From Chiloscyllium plagiosum (taxonomy: Eukaryota): a DNA stretch of 64,000 nt. The notes beneath the pieces are model-generated. The model was given only the letters and a program-made list of their open reading frames with translations. It was not told the origin of the DNA and searched no databases. This document shows positions 22,465 to 34,565 of this stretch, one piece after another (position 1 is the first letter of the stretch; each line of letters begins with the position of its first letter). The stretch is from assembly GCF_004010195.1 (NCBI RefSeq), contig NC_057718.1, positions 47,885,803-47,949,802 of the forward strand, read 5' to 3'. The position numbers and the translations under genes are program-made.

Positions 22465-25400
22465 ACTTCCATAGTTGCTTGGGCCAAGCAGAAGCTGCAA
22501 ATTATTTGCATATTGAATGCTTCAGTCAAAGCAAATCATCACCACCCAAAAACTAAACTATTGGTCATATTTATGCTGATACTGGGCTGTGAATTGCTTA
22601 AAGCAAGGTTTCTGCCCCACTATACTGCAAGTCCTGCTTCATAAGTGCTGGGCAATCAAATGGCCAGCAGCTTTCTGGTTCCAGCAGCAAATCAAATGGA
22701 CTTGAAGATGAATCTGGGGTTTTGCTATGGGCCAGGCTGACAGGGTCCAGCAAAGTGTGTAGGAGCATGTGTGAACAGAACAGGACTGAAGGCACAGGCA
22801 ATTAGCTGAATTTTATGACACAGACTTCTCAACACTATTGCATCATTCCTAACTGAAAACCACTTTGTGAGCAATTACTGTTAATGCAGAAGAGAGGAGC
22901 AGAAGCAGTATGATTTCCCTCCAATTGTACACATAATTATAATAGTTAATGATGTTCAAGTGTCCTGTTTTTGATGCTTCAATAAGTTCAATAAAAAATT
23001 TGGAAGACTCTCTCAGTTAAAGTTACATCTGTATCTTTTGCCATAGAACATAAATATAATCAATTAATTAAGACAGATTAATGCAAAATCAGAGAATGAA
23101 CTACAATTGTCTTTTGTCCCAAGGTAAAAAAATTTATTGATTTTGATCAAACTAGCAAGTGTAGATATGGCTACACTGATTCATTCTGCAGCCTTTTCCC
23201 AAACAGTGGAGTCACAATTAAAATAAAACAATCTCTGCACTGAACTGATGGAAATTGTGTCATACACATTACTGTACACTGCAACATGCAACCTGGAACA
23301 CCTTGATATGAAATTATTTTGCATTAGGTGTATATAAATAACAGGGCAGACTTAAAGTTCTTATATTTAGAAATGGTGTAGTCTTCATATCAATGTATTT
23401 TATTAATATCCCTTCTCTGCATATTTTAGTATACAACAGTTGTAAAACAATGAATACAATTAGGTACAAAGTTATCAAGAGTTTTTGCAGTTTGACATCA
23501 ATGGTAACCTGTTTGAGGGTTTATTTACTCTTAAGATTAAAAACATTGTAAACAGCATGTTTTAAAAGAAAAAGGCAAGAGGAAAATTTATATACGGCAG
23601 TCAACCATATTTATCTAGGGCTCATAGAAAATAAACAACAATATTTAAAATTCATTTGTTTCAGGTGTGTTTTTATTTGATTTCAGACTTCTCCATTAGA
23701 CTCTCTGGAAAACCAGATTTGGATTTAGCAAGCTAGCTCAATAAGTATTCTCATCTATAGTTTCATGTTGGATTGCTACATGCCTGGATACCTTTGTTCA
23801 TCCACTGTTATATGACTTTATACAGGTTAGTTTCCTCACACAATAGGTTATATTTCTCATGTTCTCAAAGTTATTACAGGAAAGATTGTGACTTGTCACC
23901 ATTATTTCAGCAAAATCACAATTAAATTCAGAAAGATTCCACTAGTTGACAGGAACAACAAGACAGTGAATATTCAAGGAAAATTGGGGGGGGGGGGGGG
24001 GGGGGGAAAAAGTGCTGTTAAGTCCAATACTTTGTTTTCTCCAAAGTATTGGACTTCCCAACCTATTTCTGAATGTGTAAACAATAGGTTACACCACAGT
24101 AATGTTACTAATTAAAATCAAAATTGGAAAATGTACTCTATAAATAACACTTTAGAAGAACCTACCATTAACACATACATGACTAATTTCCTCCTTGCTA
24201 CTTCACCTCATGAGAAACTGCTAGTTCTTTCCACTGTACATTCCACCTCCATACTTTACTCAAGCACAATAAGAAAACAGATGGATTGGTGAGCAATTGA
24301 TATTCAATAAAACGTAGGTTTAAAACTTATCTAGATGCAGATTATACCATTTCAAATTTCAACTGCAAACTTCCAATTATTCTTTTCTGATAAAGCACAG
24401 CCAAATAGAATCTTGCATTTTAACCTATGTTAGTCCTATATGCTTCCAGATTGGATCTTTTGAGTAACTCAACCACCCATAATGAGGCAGGTACAGTCAA
24501 CCATTATGGATGTCGTGAGAGGCAGCGCATGGATTAAAGTTGTGATTTGTAAGGTTCCCAAATGGTAGGGAAAATAAACATAAGACCTCAAAATGCCAGT
24601 GCAGCATGTAAATAAAGTTAAGCTAGAAACTGTTGCAGTAGAAGGACCTAAAGGATAAAGTCAAACCCAGTGTTCAGCAAAATTAAATAACGTGGTATAA
24701 TTTTTGTAGGTTTTTTTTGTTCCAGGAGAGGTGACGAGATAGCTGGGATTGGGGTGGCAAAGGGCAGCAAATTTTGCTTACTTAAATCTTAAGTTCATTT
24801 TGTTGTTTCCCCAATTTTGGTTTGAAATTGACCAGCAATAGATATGATGTAATCAGTCAGCACTGGACTCCTGAAACTTTCAAGCTGGCTGAATGGTTGA
24901 TGTGTCAGGAATTTGGGCTTGATGTATGAAAACTAAAGGGGGAAAAAAAAAGGATGATATACACAAGTTGGCCTGATGATTTCTGCCCTAATTTGTCATT
25001 TTCTATTCATAAGGATTTTATTGTTTTTGGTTACACCAGTCTTGTTATTGAGAAACAGTCCTAAGATTATATCCAGTGGAAATCCATTGAGGATGCTCAA
25101 TAAATCTTAAGTGACAGGTGTAGTTTTATTTATTTTTAAAATAAAATTCATATGCCGACTGATGATTAATAAAAACAATTTAAAACACACTTTTTTTTAC
25201 TTAAAGCAGAAATACTGACATTCTGAAACACAATCTCGTCAAGAAATGTAAAATGCAATACAAAAACAAAATTCAAATATGTTGGAACCTCACACCATGA
25301 CCTAATATATGGAGAAAATTATTTGACATGTTTGAGCTCTTGAAATTACTCCAACATTTCTTAATTATCACACGTCAACAGCTAAAATACAGTACTGCCT

Positions 25401-27759
25401 TGTGGCATGTAAGCAGATCTCAGCAACAATTTTACCATTACTTTGATATCTGCAGTATCCTACTAATTGGAAGAATACTATCTAATTGGAAGAAATAGGA
25501 TTTTGGACTAGTCATCGGAACAACAATTAAACTCGGGTCATGAAAAAAATCAGCCTTTAAAATGACCCAGTATACTCAGAACGTGCATGCAGTATTTCAG
25601 TATTTCTTTCTCTTTTGGTGTTTAAATATTTAAATATAACAGAGAGCCAACTCATGTATGATAAAGGTTGTGGAGTTCAGAATTATCTCCTTAGAGGACG
25701 AGGTAGGGGTTGGAGGGGAGTGAAAAAGTGATCACATAATTTTGCACTTACACATTTTATATATTTCTGCAAAGCACCCAACATAACACCATCTGCTATA
25801 TATAGAATCCAGAATTTCTTTTAATAAAATTCTAGATCTTGCTTAATTAGCTGAATTTTCTTTTCTTCCATTTGCCTATATTTTTCAGTTGTTCCAACTT
25901 CTGGTTTCAAAAGGTTCTGGTTTTAAAGACATTCAGATAGGGGCTCTAACCTCCTGGATTAAATATTTTAATTAATAACACAATCATTTACAGTTCATGT
26001 GCTGATTGGTTATCAAATCAGACCTTTGAAATTTCTGGCTGATCAAAATAGGGTATTTGATGGTTGTCACATCCATGATAGGTATGTCTGCAGTAAAGAA
26101 CAGAAAAAGCTTTCAATTGCCTCATTTTTGTTTTGTCAGTGTAGGAACATGCTTAACCAGCTGGATGCATACTTGCTGTAGGGGAGGGCTAGCTGTACAA
26201 AGGGAACAGAGCATAGACCACCACATGTGCTCCCAGCAATATACATGAGAACTGACACCTCCCAGACTCCTAAAACACTTATGCAGGAAGGAGGACTTAA
26301 CGCAAACACATTTCTGATGGGATGAAAAATATACCAATTCAACATTTCTTCGCCACCCCACACGTTACATCATTTTTTATTAACATGGACTATTTTGATT
26401 TAAGACAACTATAATACTCCAAGTCATAAATAAACCAGTGTCTCTACCTTTAATCCCAAACACTATAAACTGTAATGCATGTTTCCTTTTCCTGACCTGA
26501 GCCATTTTACTTTGGCCTAATGGCAAAAGAACAATGGGCCTGGTTTCTAAGCAGGTGGCAAAAAAAATCCAGTGTTAGGCAGTGAAATATTATTCTTAAT
26601 GCCTGAGCTACCAGCCCATTTATTGAAGCGAAATACTGAAATTCAAGAAATTAGTTAGTTCACAAGGTTTTTTTTTTTAAAATCTTGGAAAAATAAATCA
26701 TGATTTCCAAGCATCAAAATGGAACAATGACAAAAATGCCTTCAGTCAACAGATTAATTGACCAAGATTAAAAATCATCTGCATCAATTCACGCAAACTA
26801 TCAGTAACAATTACACAATTCAACTGAACAATAGAACGTGTACATAAAAGATACAGCCAGAATCAGTGAGTTTTAATAAAGGAACATAGTAAAATGTACC
26901 AAGATGATCCTGTACTTTAATCTATAAATTTTTTTGTTATTTCTAATCCATTGTGTGAAATCTCTTATAAGAAACACTTTCCATGCTCTCTGACAGTCTG
27001 GCTATCCCGCAATAGTAGCACTGTAATAGTCCTGAACTAACTACAACTAGCAGCTTCTTGCTAATTAAGATACTACATGATTGGCTCCATTACTTGATTT
27101 GGTCATTTCAACTAAACTTTACTCAGAATGTACCATACATATTAGAAATAGAATGAAGTTTTTTCTCAGCTTTCCTAACTATTTTACTTGTAACTATTTA
27201 TGTGTCAAAGATGTCATAATTAATGATTTATGATCACTGAAGTTGTAGTTGTTTTAGACCAGTACTTATGAATCATAAACCAAAGTATATTAGCTGCTAT
27301 GAAAACAAACTTCTCTCTGCCAATAATATAAAAACAGTGACAGATTTGACTAGTTTCTCATCAAGGTCATCTTAATTTGGAAAAGATAGGAGATATGAGC
27401 TTCCTCCTGACAGTCTTGAATGTTGGCAATTTTGCCTCCTGAAGCAACTGGAAGTGACAGTATTTACTGCAGTAACTTGAAGCACTCTCCAACCTTTTTT
27501 TTCCTGTTTAAAGAGGATATTGTGGCTATGAAGGATAATCGAACAGTAAGGATGCTTAAGGATCACGTAAACCTTAACACCAGGTTGTAGACTTGAAGGT
27601 CTGGATTAATATTTTAAATTTGAGTCTAAAAATCTTGATGAAAAATGACAGGCGACCAATCCATCCTTATTTTTTATCATCCTTCAAGAAACATATACAT
27701 TCACACATGGACACTGACACACGTGCTTGGGTTCAAGTCTGAATTCAAAGTTGTAGTTC

Positions 27760-27923
27760 TCAAAATTCCCAGAGTGCCAGGCAATGATACAAATACTCCA
27801 GAACATTATACCACATGTAGCCAGAAAGAAATCCCATTAGTTGTACAAAGAAGAGCCACAAAGGGTCAAGGGTCATAGCTCTGGAAGTTGCTACAGTTTG
27901 ACCTTTGGGAGGAGGGAATGCTC
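27760..27923 (-). CDS. LPGAT1: Lysophosphatidylglycerol acyltransferase 1, terminal coding exon (GAFPPPKGQTVATSRAMTLDPLWLFFVQLMGFLSGYMWYNVLEYLYHCLALWEF*)
   Basis: ttttgttttacag acceptor; phase 1 joins G|GA with the 40471 exon; TGA at 27762-27760; matches recalled LPGAT1 GAFPP.KG..SR.MTL..LW.F..FLSGYMWYN..Y.YHCL. Not present in the ORF track. Confidence 0.95.
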
Positions 27924-28559
27924 CTGTAAAACAAAACAAAAATTCTCTTTCAGTTTTCTTAGTAATTTCATAAAAGGTGGCATGTTCTGTTTAATCTGAT
28001 GAATAAACCATTTCCAAGAATCAATATTCTCTTTCCACTCTAGAATATTTCTTCCTCCACCAGATCAAAGAACTAGTGAGCTATAGATTTATTATAATTG
28101 ATAATGCCATACTGTTGTTACAGGTGATCAGGGCATAAACATCTTAAGGACAGGAATGCTATTTCCACCCTTTAAGATGGGAAAGACATTATCCTAAACC
28201 CCATTCAGCAGAGCAGCCTAAAAACCTTACCAACAGCGAAAGCTGCATTAATTTTAGCCTCTTATTCATGCTACTAGATGTACAAGACAGTAGATAAGCA
28301 ATGCAACCTTATTAATAAACTTGTTCAAAATAGATTCATTTGTAGTACAAAGATTGTGCATTAGTGAAAAAGGACAGTTTGTCATGGCTTCTTGTATTGC
28401 ATTCATCAGAATAATTTGCAAGAATTACCAAGTAAAGGGAAAACAACATTTATATTGGATAGCAGGACAGTATTGTTTGGTTGGCAAGTGGACTCTGATT
28501 GGTAGAAGTGTTGTGATTAAAACAAAACACACCACTTAGAGGACTGATAGTTAACTGCC

Positions 28560-29550
28560 AAGTTTTCTTTAAATCCTAAATGAGGCTGGTTGACTGATCA
28601 GTGAAGGTACTTCCCTAAGAAATTAAAGGAACAATTGTCACCCATTTTGTTGAAGTGAAACAGGCACAGTGCACCGATGCGTCTTCTATCTGCAAAGAAC
28701 AGGCCTGATGTATGAATATATGTAGCTTCCCATACACACAAATGTGCTACACAGAGCAGAATTAACAATCCTACATTGGGTTGTCAACTTAATTATTCAC
28801 AAACTGAGGATTATTTAGCAAAGACTGTCCAAACACAGAATTACATCTAATGTTGGACACTGTTTCGAGCTCTGCAAGCATAGGCTGGTTGTGCGTGGCC
28901 AAAATGTTGCTTGTTGTCAACAGCTGGATAGATATCACAACACTTTGGGAACATATAGTGCGCATACCTAGCAATACACTGGTAGCTTTACATCTTGCTC
29001 AAACTTCTCACTTTGTATTTAGTACAAACCTGTGAATGGACCCAAAGCCATCTCATTTGTTCCTGAAAAGTGCTCTGTCTCAAACACTGAGCAACAGTAA
29101 ACTGTTTCATACAGTCAGTGCAGTAGTGACACGAGTGGTATTTGTCACTAATAAACTGCTAACATCAAGCTCGAAAGACTTTCTGCTTACAACATAAATG
29201 AGCAATGTGGTTAATGAATTTCAATGTCGATGTGGTGCTTATAAGCTACAATTTTCAAGGACTGGCAAATCATATCAAACAGCATATCTCTTTGACTGTT
29301 CACAACAAGCGGAGTGCTGATCATGCCTATGCTTGCAAAACTTAAGTGTCCAACATTACTTACGATTCCACAAACTGACAAAATTTGCTAAATAATTATT
29401 AATACATGTCTACCAGGGTCAACTCACTAACTAATCAACATTCTCCTCAGAGTATAAATGTTGTTTCTGTTTACTTGCGAATTCTTGTGAATAATCCTTG
29501 AATGCAAGATGAGAAACTTCAACAAAATTTATTTATTTCACCAATATCCA
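28560..29550. mobile_element. Old Penelope-like GIY-YIG remnant in inverted arrangement
   Basis: + strand 29130-29400 reads TRVVF.TNKLL.SSSKDFL..MSNVV.EFQCRC. The - strand 28790-28930 carries the same family's TVSNIRCNSVFGQSLLNNP segment. Confidence 0.55.
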
Positions 29551-30689
29551 ACATATAAATGTCAACATGTTGTCCTTATATAAAGGAGATTCTATTGTAA
29601 TGAAGTCTTCACTCATTTTGCCTTCTTTGTGGTTTCTTATTGGGTACAAAATAGTTTCCTCTATCATCAAAAAGCAAAATGGTACTCATTTATAACAAAA
29701 TTATATTCATAACATGAAGATTTATGTCACAATTTGTGTGCAGATTAATGTGATCTTGTATTTTTTTCTGAAAGATGAGCTAAAACTAATTTGAGACGGC
29801 ATTGCAAAAGGTCAGTTTCCACAAACCCCAGAGATGATAATGAACAATATCCTAAATATTACTCCATCTTTATTTGCAGATTTTAAAATTATTTTTAAAC
29901 AGTTTTAATAAAAATTTTAACAACCTCAAAAGTTCCCCGAAATTTCTTGAATATTGCGATGTGATTACTGTTCATGTATGAGAAGACAAACAGTTGTCAA
30001 ACTACTTTAATCAGTGGAACCACAGTTAAACTTCAATATTTTCCACATTAATTACCTTTGCAACTGATTACTAAAATTGTTCATATTGTGTTCTTTTTGG
30101 GCTGGATTTTTGTTTTGTATTCCTCCTTTGGACCGGCCTGTTCGGTCTTGTAAAACATACAAACTTACCGAGCCACAGCTGTTGTCAGCTCTGTGCTTTC
30201 CCAAGATGCTGAACACAACTATAATTAGATCTCAAAATTCTCAAAGCCTCAGGCAATGATTCAAATACTTCAGAGTATTACAAACAGAACAAGTAAGAAA
30301 TCCCATGAGGTATACCATTAGAGCCATAAAGGGCTGAGGGTGCAGCTCTGGAAGTCACTGTTGTTCAACACTGTCCTCCAGATCCCCAGAGTGGTCTGGA
30401 AATTGTCTGCAATAATGGAAATGGTGCTGCCACAAAACTTATTAACTTCATAGACGCTCCAAAAAAAAAAGAGGCAGAACTTAATCACCCGAGTGTAGGT
30501 GCCAGTGGATGACCCAGAAGTGAGCAACATTACTGCTATTGGCAGGAACGCTAAGTCATTAACATTAATGCAGTCGAGACATGGTGCCGGGTCAATTGTG
30601 TAGTAGGGTAGGGAAATGCCAACCTATACCTACAGTCTATGGTCCAACCAGAATACAATGCTTACAAGTCAACAGCATCAAATTTTAAA

Positions 30690-31530
30690 AAAAATTGTGA
30701 TGCATTGCTTTTATAAGCAAAAAAAATTTTGACTTTGCAAAAATATAGTTATTAAAAATACAACCAATAACAAAATATCAGTATAATAAAGAGAAAAAAC
30801 AAAAGTTACAATACAACTACTGTCTACTAGCTACTTACCTACCCTATAATACAAAACAAAACCAATAAATAAGTGAAGTGACTAACAGATCAAAAATAAA
30901 AGCAAAAAAAACACAAAATTTCTGTGCTCGGCGCAAAGCTCCCAAACAAAAGAATGGGAGTATTGTATATAAACCCGTATTAACTCAGGAGTCTCCCCTC
31001 CAGGGCCCAGGCCTCAACAAACCTAACCGTTCTGGTTAAACAAATACCCTCGCTAAAATAGCTAACAAATCTATATCCAAACACCACAAATAGGGCTGCC
31101 ATGTCTTATAAAAATGGTCTGTTGTGTGGTACACCACGTTTGTAAAAAAAGTCCAAGGGAATGTGCTCCATAATTAATTTCCACCATCCCAGCAAGCCCG
31201 GTGGGTTCTCAGAACCCAACTTATCAGAATATTCTTCCATGCACAGTATGCAAGAATATTAATTACTTCCTTCCCACGCCCGGCTAAAGATGATAACTTT
31301 GGTAGATCTAAGAGGAAAGATATCAGGTCTACTTTAACTTCAGTCCTCAATACCCTCCCGATCTCTCCTGCCACTGCGCTCCAATAAACACTGAGCCTGT
31401 GGCATGTTCGGAAGCAATGGGTAAGAGTACCTCCACTTACTTTACATTTGGGGCGCAATGAAGACACCCCTTTTTAAACTTAGCCAGATGAAATTAACTG
31501 CATATCGCATGTCCTATTACAGATCGAGAT
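30690..31530 (-). mobile_element. L1/Tx1-clade LINE 3' fragment
   Basis: Cys-rich ORF2 end PKCKVSGGTLTHCFRTCHRLSVYW..ARKNIL.SW-like..FYKTWQPYL, followed by a T-rich 3' UTR on -. Confidence 0.8.
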
Positions 31531-32194
31531 CTGTATCACCATCTTAATCATGCCACCCACCACAGATGTTCCAGACCTCCAGTCTCATTTATATCTATTC
31601 GATCAATATCATGCAGTAGAGAATGGCCAATGCATAAATAGCTCTAACAGGACAGAGCATGATCACACAGTTCAGCAATATCTTCCTAATGTTTACCTAA
31701 AGGCAAACTTGTTGCAGCTTCCATCACATTTGATCGCACATGCCAGAAGCGGATGTGGAACTGGTCAGATAGCAAGATAACAGGGCAATTGGAGATAGCG
31801 AAATAGGAGTGCAGAAAGAAAAGTGCAAAGAAATATTGAGAGCTTGGTTGCCACCACAGGGCAGAAAGGAAACTTCAGAAAGATAGGAAGAGGAGTTGTG
31901 AATGTCAAAAACAATAGCTGTATTCTCCAATATAGGAGTGGCAGCCTGTTTCATCATCAAAACCATACTGAGGTGGAGGTGGTGGTGGTGGTGGGGGGGG
32001 GGGGGGGGGTGCTTGGGAGGCAAGAGGTGGCTAGGGGCAGTCAAACTGGTAGTCAAGGTCATTGTAATCAGCAGCCTGCTTCCACCTCACCTGCAGATAT
32101 TGGGGTTGCCCCAGACTGCAACATTTATAAATGCATGAGAAAGTGCACACACACATTTTCCTCAGTGCTGTATATTGTTAGTCTTAGACTATAA

Positions 32195-32750
32195 AACACA
32201 GGAACAGAAAGAGGCCAGTCAGCCCATTTCGTGTTCTTCACAATTCATTGAGATTGTGGCTGATCTGTTAATCCTCAATTCCACTTACCTGCCTTTCCCT
32301 CAAAATACTCAATTCCCTTAGTGATTAAACATCTGTTTATCTCACCCTTGAATATACATAAACAACCCAGCTTTGACAGCTCTCAGTGGTAATGAATTCC
32401 ACAAATTCACTACAAAGAAGAATTATGCAAAAAAGAAATTATTTCTCCCCTCTGTCACAAGTGGGTGATTCCTTATTCTGAGATTATGCCCTCTTGTCCT
32501 AGATCTCACCAGAAAGAGAAAGAACCTTTCCACAACTATCTTGTGAAGTCTCTCAAGAATTTTACATGTTTTAATACGGTCACTTCTCATTTTTCTAGCC
32601 CCCAAAGAGTACAGGCCCAACTAACTCAACCTCATGTAAGGCAATTCCTCCATAACTGGGATCAACTTGGTGAACGTTCTATGGGACTACCTCCAATTCC
32701 AGAATATTCTACCTTTAATAAGGGGACCAAAATAGTTAATGATATTCTAG
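32195..32750 (-). mobile_element. CR1 3' fragment
   Basis: LGLYSLGARKMRSDRIKTCKIL..SRTRGHNLRIR and a CR1 tail. Confidence 0.75.
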
Positions 32751-33775
32751 TTTAGATTTTGAATCATTAGGGAAAAAGATAAGGATGGGCTAGAACAAAA
32801 GTTCTAAACTGAGGAAAAGTTAATAAAACTAAGATATGTTATGATTGGCTCAAGTGGATTGGGAACAACTATTCGCAGAATAAAAATGTCACAGCAATGA
32901 GAGGCATCAAGATGAAAACAGTAAGTGTATACAACAAACATATTCCTGTAAAGACAAAGGGTGGAACCAAGTCCCAAGAATCCTGTATGTCAAAGGCATA
33001 ACGGTAAGGATTAAGAAAAAAGAAGCTTATAGCAGATAGTGAGAGAACAACCCTGAGTGGAAGAGGGGAATTTAAAAGCAAATGGGGATAGGAAAGAGTG
33101 TATGACAGGATGAATAAAATAAAATGTAAAAAGAGCAAGGTTCATTAGATACCATTGAGGTAGTGTGTATGTGGACCCAGAAGACATGAGCATAATCTTC
33201 AATGAGGAGCTGGGGTTGGTCTTCACAATGGAAAAGGATGATGCAGGTATAGACATCAGGTGGAGAGCAGAAATATTAGAAGAAATTAACAGAGAGAGAG
33301 GAGGTACTTGCTGGTTTTACAGCTTTAAAAAAGGTGGATAAATCTGCAGCTCCAGATGAGATGTATTTCACACTGTTCAGTGAGAAAAGGTAGAAGTTAT
33401 CATAGGCCCTGGCAGTCATTCTCAAATCCTCTTTGGCCATGGGTGAGGTGCCAGAGGACTGCAGGAGTATGAATATTGCTTCACTATTTACTAAAGAAAG
33501 GTAGAGATAGACCAGTAGTTTACAAGCCTTGTTTGACCTTGGTGGTGGGGAACTTATTAAAAAGAATAATGAGCGACTGAGTATGTCTACACCTGGAGAA
33601 TCATGAATTAATCAGGAATAGACGGCACGGATTGCTTAACGTAAAATCATGTTTGACAGATTTGATTGAATAGTTTGAGGAGATAATCAGGAGCTTCAAT
33701 GAGGGTAATGCATTTGATGTGGTTTACATGAGCTTCAGCCTTTTCATTAGGTCCCTCATAGCAGATTGAGATCCA
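32750..33775 (+). mobile_element. Old CR1 ORF2 internal fragment
   Basis: Degenerate KVDKS..PD.MY, VPEDCR..NIASLF.K, and DVVYMxFS..VPH.RL RT motifs. Confidence 0.7.
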
Positions 33776-34565
33776 GCACCAGGCATACTTAAAAATGAGA
33801 TGTCAACTTGAAGCTAACAAATATGCGTGCCAAATAACATAAGTAACTAATAGACAGAGCTAAGTGATCCCACAGCCAACTGATCAGATCTAAGCTCTGA
33901 AATCTGACCACATCCAGTCGTGAATGGTGGTGGACAATTAAACATCTCACTGGACACTCCACAAATATCCCCATCCACAATGATGGGACAGCCCAACACA
34001 TCAGTGCAAAAAATAAGGCTGAAGTACTTGCTGCAATCTTCAGCCAGAAGTGCTGATCCATCTCTGCCTCCACCTCAATCTCACAGATAGCAGTCTTCAG
34101 CCAATTCAATTCACTCCAAATAGTATTAAGAAACAGTTGGAGACACTGGATACTGCAAAGGCTATGGGCCCTGATAATATTCCAACAATTGGACTGACGA
34201 CTTATACTCCAGAAACTGCCACACTACCCCAAGCTCTTCCAGTACAAAGTTACAACGTTGGCATCTACCTAATGTGGAAAATTGGCTAGGTATATCCTGT
34301 ACACAAAAAGCAGGACAAATCCAACCCAGCCAATTACAGTCCCATTAGTCTACTCTCAACTATCAGTAAAGCGAAGGAAGATGCCATCAAGCAGCAACTG
34401 CTCAGCGACAACCAGTTTGGGTTCTGCCAAGGTCACTCAGCTCATGACCTCGGTACAGCCATTAGTTCAAACACGGACAAAAGAACTGAATTCTAGAAGT
34501 GAGGTGAGAGAGTGTCAGCCCTTAGTGTCAAAGCTGTATTCGACTGAGTGTGGCATCGAGGAGCC
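33775..34565 (+). mobile_element. LINE family B ORF2 internal fragment
   Basis: IKKQLETLDTAKAMGPDNIP..YNVGIY.MWKI..KQDKSNPANYSPISLLS..FDxVWH. Confidence 0.8.

Noticed and set aside
23986..24006. Long G homopolymers (also about 10770-10785 and 31993-32009) as G-quadruplex elements
   Set aside because: Simple homopolymers of unreliable length with no supporting context.
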